Source of the DNA: an uncultured Gammaproteobacteria bacterium | Lineage (GTDB): Bacteria > Pseudomonadota > Gammaproteobacteria > CAMYKB01 | Length of the DNA stretch: 64,000 bases | NCBI GenBank assembly: GCA_947258875.1 | Contig: CAMYKB010000001.1 | Location: 120,037 to 184,036 of the forward strand | Direction: 5' to 3' | Shown: piece after piece, positions 58,685-64,000 of the stretch | Position numbering within the stretch: the stretch's first letter is position 1 | Layout: each line of letters opens with the position of its first letter | Translations under genes and position numbers: made by a program | Notes under the pieces: generated by a model | The model's database searches: none | The model's input: only the letters and a program-made list of their open reading frames with translations | What the model was told of the DNA's origin: nothing

Positions 58685-61600
58685 TCTTTACTCGCCTCGC
58701 ACTAAGCAATCCTGTCGCCACACTGGTGGCGGTACTGCTCGCCGCCCTATTCGGTATCATCAGCCTGGACCGCCTGCCCATACAACTAACGCCGGAGGTT
58801 GAGGTCCCCGAGATCACTATCAACACCACCTGGCGCGCCGCGGCACCTGAAGAAGTCGAGGCCGAGATTATCGAGCCGCAGGAAGATGTACTGCGCGGCT
58901 TGCCGGGCATGACCGAGATGCTCTCTACTGCAAGCCGCGGTTCGGCAAGCATCACTGTTAAATTTGCGATCGGCACTGAGCTGCAACGCGGCCTGATCGA
59001 AGTCCTCAACCGCCTAAATCGTGTCCCGCGTTACCCTGACGACGCCGATGAGCCGACACTGAGCACGGTCGGCGGTAACAGTCAGCCCATTGCCTGGTTC
59101 ATTATCAAACCCGATACCGGCAATGAGCGCGACATCGCCAGCTATCAGGATTATGTCGAAGAAGTCATCCAAACCCGCTTCGAGCGGGTACCCGGCGTCG
59201 CCCGCTCGGAAGTGTATGGCGGACGCAAACGCGAAATCCGTATCACCTTCGATCCCTACAAAGCGGCCAATGTCGGCATGCAACTGCCTGTCGCTGCCGC
59301 GCTTGCTGGCGGTAATGAGGATATCTCCGGTGGGTTTATCGACGTCGGCAAGCGCCGCTACACCCTGCGGTTTACCGGCGCCTTCAACGCACAGCAGCTC
59401 GGCGAAATGGTACTCGACTGGCGTGACGGCAGACCAATACTGTTACGCGACATCGCCGACATCGATGTCCGCCTGCAGGATAAACAGGCCTTTGTCATCA
59501 CACAGGGCAGCGGCGCCATTGCCGTGAATGCCCAGCGTGAGATTGGCGTCAATGTCCTGGATGTTATGAACGGCTTGCAGGATGCGGTGGTTGAGCTACG
59601 CGAAGGCCCACTGGCCCATGCTAATCTCACCATAGAACAGGTCTACGATGAAACCATTTATATCTATCGTTCCATCAAAATGCTGCGCAATAATCTGGGA
59701 CTCGGAATCCTGCTCGCCATCGGGGTGTTGTGGTGGTTCCTGCGCCGCCTGCGCGCCACCCTGATCGTAGCGGCCGCCATTCCTATTTCGATTCTGGCAA
59801 CGTTTATTATTCTTGGTAGCGCCGAACGTACAGTAAATGTCATCTCGCTTGCCGGCCTCGCCTTCGCAACCGGTATGGTACTCGACGCTGCCATTGTGGT
59901 TCTGGAAAATATCGTACGCCTGCATGAGCGCGGCGAAACCAACGAGCAGGCATCACTGCATGGCGCAACCCAGGTGTGGGGTGCCTTGTTGGCCTCGACC
60001 GCCACTACGGTCGCCATCTTTTTACCAGTAGTGTTTCTCGAAGACGAAGCTGGTCAGCTGTTTGCAGATCTCGCACTCACTATTGCGAGTGCCGTTATTT
60101 TCTCATTGATCGTGGCGCTAACGGTCATACCAACAGCCGCCATGATAGGCACTAAAAATCTTGACCTGCATGATCCGCACCACGCGTGGTGGGAGAGGCT
60201 CACCACAGGAATAATGGGAATAACAAACACCGCCTCGCGCCGCAGCATGTGGATAGTCATTCTACTTACGATACCTCTGTTACTCATCTGGGCGTTCGCA
60301 CCCAAGGCAGACTATTTACCCGAAGGTAACCGCAACCTCGTGTTCGCCTTCATCGTTCCACCTCCCGGCGTCAACATCGATAATATCCAAGAGGAAATGG
60401 GTACGGTCATCGCCGAGCGTATTGCACCCAACCTGGCTGGCGAAGCACAGCCCGCGATCAAAGAGTATTTCTTCGTCGCCTTCCCGGGTGGCGTATTTAT
60501 GGGCGCACGTGCTCAGGACGACAACCGGGCCGCCGAACTCGTACCGCTTATCCAAACCGCTGTGGGTGGCTTTCCGGATACGATTGCATTTGCCTTTCGC
60601 GCGTCTTTGTTTGGCGGCTTCGGTGAAGGCCGTAATATCGACATGAACATCCAGGGCCGCAACATCGAAGATATCATCAAGGCGGCACAGGTTGGCTTTG
60701 GCGTCACCAGCCAGGCGATACCGAACTCGTCTATACGACCCTTCCCAAACCTTGAGCTCGCCGAACCCGAGTTACGCCTGGTGCCCGATGAACGCCGCCT
60801 GCGCGAGGCCGGCTGGGACCGCGGGACCATGGCGCAGGTGGTACGTGCGCTGGGAGACGGACTGTTCGTAGGTGATTACTTCGATGGCCAGGACCGCCTC
60901 GACATCATCGCGCGCGTGCAGGACTGGTCGACCCCGGAAGACCTGGCTTCGATTCCGCTCGCCACACCGAATGCCGGCGTCTTACCCGTTGGCGAACTGG
61001 TCAGCATCCAACGTACCGCGGGCCCCGATCAAATTCGGCGCCTCGACCGGCGCCGCACTGTTACGTTGCAAATTACGCCGCCGGAAGGCATGCCACTGGA
61101 AGATGCAATTACCATGATCAAGGAAAAAGTCGAACCCGTGGTTTCGGGGTTACTGCCCGAAGATGGCGCTATTCGTTATAGCGGCACCGCCGACAAACTG
61201 GATACGGCACTTAAAAGCATGGGCGGCAGCTTTGTGCTTGCGATCGCTATCCTTTACTTACTCATAAGCGCATTGTTCCGCTCGTTCCTGGATAGCTTGA
61301 TCGTATTATTGATACTGCCATTGGCGACTGTAGGCAGCGTCATCTCGTTGCGGCTGGTTAACCTGGTCACCTTCCAACCGATGGACCTGCTGACCATGAT
61401 TGGTTTTATTATCCTGTTGGGACTCGTCGTTAATAATGCGATTTTGTTAGTCCACCAGACACGCGCCGCGGAACGTGCAGGACTGGCACGCCGCGATGCC
61501 GTTGAGCAAGCCGTACACCTGCGTTTACGTCCCATCCTGATGACTACACTCACCAGCATCTTTGGTATGTTGCCCTTGCTACTGATACCCGGCGCCGGTA

Positions 61601-61722
61601 CTGAACTCTACCGTGGCCTGGCGGGCGTTATAATTGGAGGCATGGCCGTTAGCACGGCCTTTACGTTAATCCTGTTGCCCAGCCTGCTACGTGTTGGCGA
61701 AGGTAAACATCAAGCCGTATAA
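58681..61722 (+). CDS. RND efflux transporter permease (AcrB/CzcA superfamily)
   Basis: 1013 aa, two sets of six TM helices with large periplasmic loops. Translationally coupled to the adaptor gene. Confidence 0.9.
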   Translation: MIFTRLALSNPVATLVAVLLAALFGIISLDRLPIQLTPEVEVPEITINTTWRAAAPEEVEAEIIEPQEDVLRGLPGMTEMLSTASRGSASITVKFAIGTELQRGLIEVLNRLNRVPRYPDDADEPTLSTVGGNSQPIAWFIIKPDTGNERDIASYQDYVEEVIQTRFERVPGVARSEVYGGRKREIRITFDPYKAANVGMQLPVAAALAGGNEDISGGFIDVGKRRYTLRFTGAFNAQQLGEMVLDWRDGRPILLRDIADIDVRLQDKQAFVITQGSGAIAVNAQREIGVNVLDVMNGLQDAVVELREGPLAHANLTIEQVYDETIYIYRSIKMLRNNLGLGILLAIGVLWWFLRRLRATLIVAAAIPISILATFIILGSAERTVNVISLAGLAFATGMVLDAAIVVLENIVRLHERGETNEQASLHGATQVWGALLASTATTVAIFLPVVFLEDEAGQLFADLALTIASAVIFSLIVALTVIPTAAMIGTKNLDLHDPHHAWWERLTTGIMGITNTASRRSMWIVILLTIPLLLIWAFAPKADYLPEGNRNLVFAFIVPPPGVNIDNIQEEMGTVIAERIAPNLAGEAQPAIKEYFFVAFPGGVFMGARAQDDNRAAELVPLIQTAVGGFPDTIAFAFRASLFGGFGEGRNIDMNIQGRNIEDIIKAAQVGFGVTSQAIPNSSIRPFPNLELAEPELRLVPDERRLREAGWDRGTMAQVVRALGDGLFVGDYFDGQDRLDIIARVQDWSTPEDLASIPLATPNAGVLPVGELVSIQRTAGPDQIRRLDRRRTVTLQITPPEGMPLEDAITMIKEKVEPVVSGLLPEDGAIRYSGTADKLDTALKSMGGSFVLAIAILYLLISALFRSFLDSLIVLLILPLATVGSVISLRLVNLVTFQPMDLLTMIGFIILLGLVVNNAILLVHQTRAAERAGLARRDAVEQAVHLRLRPILMTTLTSIFGMLPLLLIPGAGTELYRGLAGVIIGGMAVSTAFTLILLPSLLRVGEGKHQAV

Positions 61723-61732
61723 AGTTAAGAAA

Positions 61733-61766
61733 CCCCTGAGAAGTGATAAAAGACTTCTCAGGGATC
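61733..61766. terminator. Hairpin (ccctgagaagt...acttctcaggg) between convergent genes
   Basis: 11-bp stem. The U-tract is weak on the plus side and moderate on the minus side. Confidence 0.4.
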
Positions 61767-61893
61767 CCAAGCCAGGCCATCATAAATACAAATGGCTCCA
61801 GTATCCCGGTACCTTTCCGTTTATTAGAATAGACAGCCATCCCTGGCCATAGCGAATCCCAGACTACAGAAGCACCATTTAAAATCCACTTAC

Positions 61894-63060
61894 TTAATCG
61901 GAGTTGTCTTCAACGATAATGGTGTTAACGGCTTTGCCACCATTGCTTAATTTTACTTTTACGGTATAAATACCTTCCTTCGATCCCACCTGTACTGGCA
62001 CATTCAGGATACTGCCATTACCGCTCAACGCTGGCGTCGCTCCCGAACTGGGAAGAATTGCACCGCGGCTTTTACCATGTGGTCCCGACATCATAATGAT
62101 ACCGATATTGACACCATTTTCCTGGAGATGCGCAATGTGCGGGCGTTTTGCGTCAACCACATAGTCCACATCGGCAATGCCATCCTGCGGAATGAATAAA
62201 TCGCCCGACACTTCAACTGCTTCGAACAACAGGAAACGCGGCGCATAAGGAGCACCCGCGGAGAAGGGTACGGCCTTGATTGTCCTGGTAAGCGCTGTAT
62301 TCGGCTCCACCCGTTGGAATACAGTCGACTCAACCAACTCAGCCGTTGTGGTAGCAGGACTGCCTTGCCCACCAGTCGTCAGCCCTGCGTTGGTAATATG
62401 CACTTGCCGTCCGACGGAAGCCTCGAACACCACATCACCAAATCCTGATTCAACAACCTCATCCTCGGCATCATAGATGCGGACTTCGATTGTACCCACT
62501 TCGCCCGCATCCCCATTGTAAAACGGCGCGGGCCCGCCTGAATTGGGACGCGGCCGGATATGCACAACCTTAAAACCAACCTCCTCGGCCCGTTCCTGCT
62601 CCAGCCCATCCTCATCATCACCACCGCTTGGTGTGATCGTGATTACACGATCACCATCATCCGACAAGCTCCAGTTGCCGTGCTGCACTCCACTACCCGC
62701 GGCAGCCACAATTGGATTTTGCGGCGCAATTGTCATGATCACGTTGGCATTAGCCAAAAGCGCAGCAACCTCGGGATTGCGGGTATAGGCACCACCCAGT
62801 TCCACCTCCATCCGGCCACCTGCAGGAATCTGATGACCGAATGCCGCTGCATCCAGGCCTGGGGTGAAAAGGATATTAATTTCCGTTGGCTGATTTGCGA
62901 CCAGACCGTTACTCACTACTGGCGCACTGACCACCGCTGCAATGATATTGTCACCCGGCTTGCCACATTTTTTTTGTGACTTAGCCGCGAATGCAGCTGT
63001 CGACATGAAAGCGCCGATAACCAAGGCGCTGGCACAAAATATAAGTGTTTTCTTATTCAT
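61894..63060 (-). CDS. Secreted protein of unknown function (388 aa)
   Basis: Sec signal peptide MNKKTLIFCASALVIGAFMSTAAFA; G/A/V-rich with predicted beta structure. No family recognised. Confidence 0.55.
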   Translation of the reverse strand: MNKKTLIFCASALVIGAFMSTAAFAAKSQKKCGKPGDNIIAAVVSAPVVSNGLVANQPTEINILFTPGLDAAAFGHQIPAGGRMEVELGGAYTRNPEVAALLANANVIMTIAPQNPIVAAAGSGVQHGNWSLSDDGDRVITITPSGGDDEDGLEQERAEEVGFKVVHIRPRPNSGGPAPFYNGDAGEVGTIEVRIYDAEDEVVESGFGDVVFEASVGRQVHITNAGLTTGGQGSPATTTAELVESTVFQRVEPNTALTRTIKAVPFSAGAPYAPRFLLFEAVEVSGDLFIPQDGIADVDYVVDAKRPHIAHLQENGVNIGIIMMSGPHGKSRGAILPSSGATPALSGNGSILNVPVQVGSKEGIYTVKVKLSNGGKAVNTIIVEDNSD

Positions 63061-63165
63061 TCGAAGTTCTCCGTTGTAGTTTTAACTTATCAATGGAGGG
63101 GCTCCAGCTAAACCTCAGATTTATATCAGAAAATACAAATAACTGACTGAATACTCTGAACAAAT

Positions 63166-63198
63166 ACCTATCAGCAATCACCTATCAGCAATCACCTA
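63166..63198. repeat. 14-bp tandem direct repeat cctatcagcaatca x2.4
   Basis: cctatcagcaatca cctatcagcaatca cctac, about 105 bp upstream of the secreted-protein gene start. Confidence 0.5.
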
Positions 63199-63384
63199 CC
63201 CTGATGGTTTACCTGTCCGACAAGATCCAGAAAGACAACCCCAGTAAACGATACGAGGTCAACCTGATTTTAGTTGCGGATAAAGGTGATTAATCTACTC
63301 CCGGCTACTTAAGGAGCAGTAGTTCGCTAGGACTTACTAACATGAAAGAACAAACGGTGATATCAGATTCCCATTGCCTAAGCT

Positions 63385-63783
63385 TTAAGTCATTAACCCT
63401 TTAAGCACCAGATCACCAAAGCTGACAACACCCACTACCGCGCCATTTTCGATTACCGGCGCCTGAGTGATTTCAAAAGCATCAAACAATCTTGCGCAAT
63501 AACGTATATTCATTTGCGGGTCGATAGTGAAAACCGGTTTTGCCATGATCTCATAAACATTAACACGTTCCGGCGCACGATTTTTCGCAAGCACCTTGCG
63601 CGCGATGTCAGAAACCAGCAACATTCCATACTCGTCATCTTCGTGTCGCTTTTCGACAATGAGGCACTTGCCTTCTACACGTCTGATCTTTTCCAGCGCC
63701 TCATGAATCGTCGCTGCACCATCGATTCTCCCGATGTCCGTCTTCATCACTTCGCGGACCCGGACTAGTTTCTTGTCTCTCAT
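63385..63783 (-). CDS. CBS-domain pair protein
   Basis: Two CBS motifs (VMKTDIGRIDGAATIHEALEKI... and ...APVIENGAVVGVVSFGDL). Confidence 0.75.
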   Translation of the reverse strand: MRDKKLVRVREVMKTDIGRIDGAATIHEALEKIRRVEGKCLIVEKRHEDDEYGMLLVSDIARKVLAKNRAPERVNVYEIMAKPVFTIDPQMNIRYCARLFDAFEITQAPVIENGAVVGVVSFGDLVLKGLMT

Positions 63784-64000
63784 ATCTCATCCTCCACTAC
63801 GGACATCAGCGATTTAACCTGACGCCCCACGCCAACAGCATCTTCCACATCGATCTGAAATGCGATACCTGTCCCCGGTTGCTCATCCAGCCCGCCCACC
63901 TCGGCTATCTTCTCCAGAATCTTGCGGCACAGATGCTCTTCAACCAGGAACATCAGCATATTACGCTGCGTCTCCAGAGAAAGCCCCATAAAGCTCTTGG
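63780..64000 (-). CDS. Unknown protein, 3' end only (gene continues beyond the window); stop overlaps the CBS gene start (ATGA)
   Basis: Open frame runs to the window edge and is translationally coupled to the CBS gene. Confidence 0.35.
   Translation of the reverse strand, partial: KSFMGLSLETQRNMLMFLVEEHLCRKILEKIAEVGGLDEQPGTGIAFQIDVEDAVGVGRQVKSLMSVVEDEI

Noticed and set aside
1-64000. tRNA, rRNA, tmRNA and CRISPR genes
   Set aside because: Scanning the intergenic regions turned up no GTTCRANYC T-loop motifs with acceptor-stem context, no rRNA-like conserved blocks and no regularly spaced direct repeats. Absence cannot be proven without running tRNAscan or Infernal.

Overview
This 64-kb window looks like chromosomal DNA from a chemolithoautotrophic, sulfur-oxidising gammaproteobacterium (the organism is inferred from gene content). 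It has moderate GC content with a few AT-rich islets. The main core content is: (i) the 3' part of aprA, the dissimilatory APS reductase alpha subunit, followed by a YkgJ/CxxCxxCC-family metal-binding protein; (ii) a complete cbb3 oxidase locus (ccoNOQP, a small membrane ORF, ccoGH and a DsbD_2/TauE-like membrane protein on the minus strand), with a Yip1-family gene and hemN on the minus strand and ccoIS diverging on the plus strand; (iii) a qmoA-qmoB-hdrC-hdrB electron-transfer module on the minus strand (HdrCB in place of QmoC); (iv) a CbbQ/NorQ-type MoxR AAA+ gene and its CbbO/NorD-type VWA partner, separated by about 10.7 kb. That intervening region holds a 2-kb AT-rich cassette bounded by about 270-bp imperfect inverted repeats, an FKBP-type isomerase, several hypothetical proteins, a DUF971::MoaD-like fusion, a PAS protein and a FixLJ-like two-component system. 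Other genes include PutA, BLUF and PilZ single-domain proteins, a di-haem cytochrome c peroxidase, Fpr, an RND efflux pair, a TLC/NTT-like transporter, a lipoprotein/OM-barrel pair and a truncated CDF transporter. No tRNA or rRNA genes, no CRISPR array and no transposase or integrase gene were recognised. All functional calls rest on motif and family recognition by eye from the six-frame translations; no database search was run.
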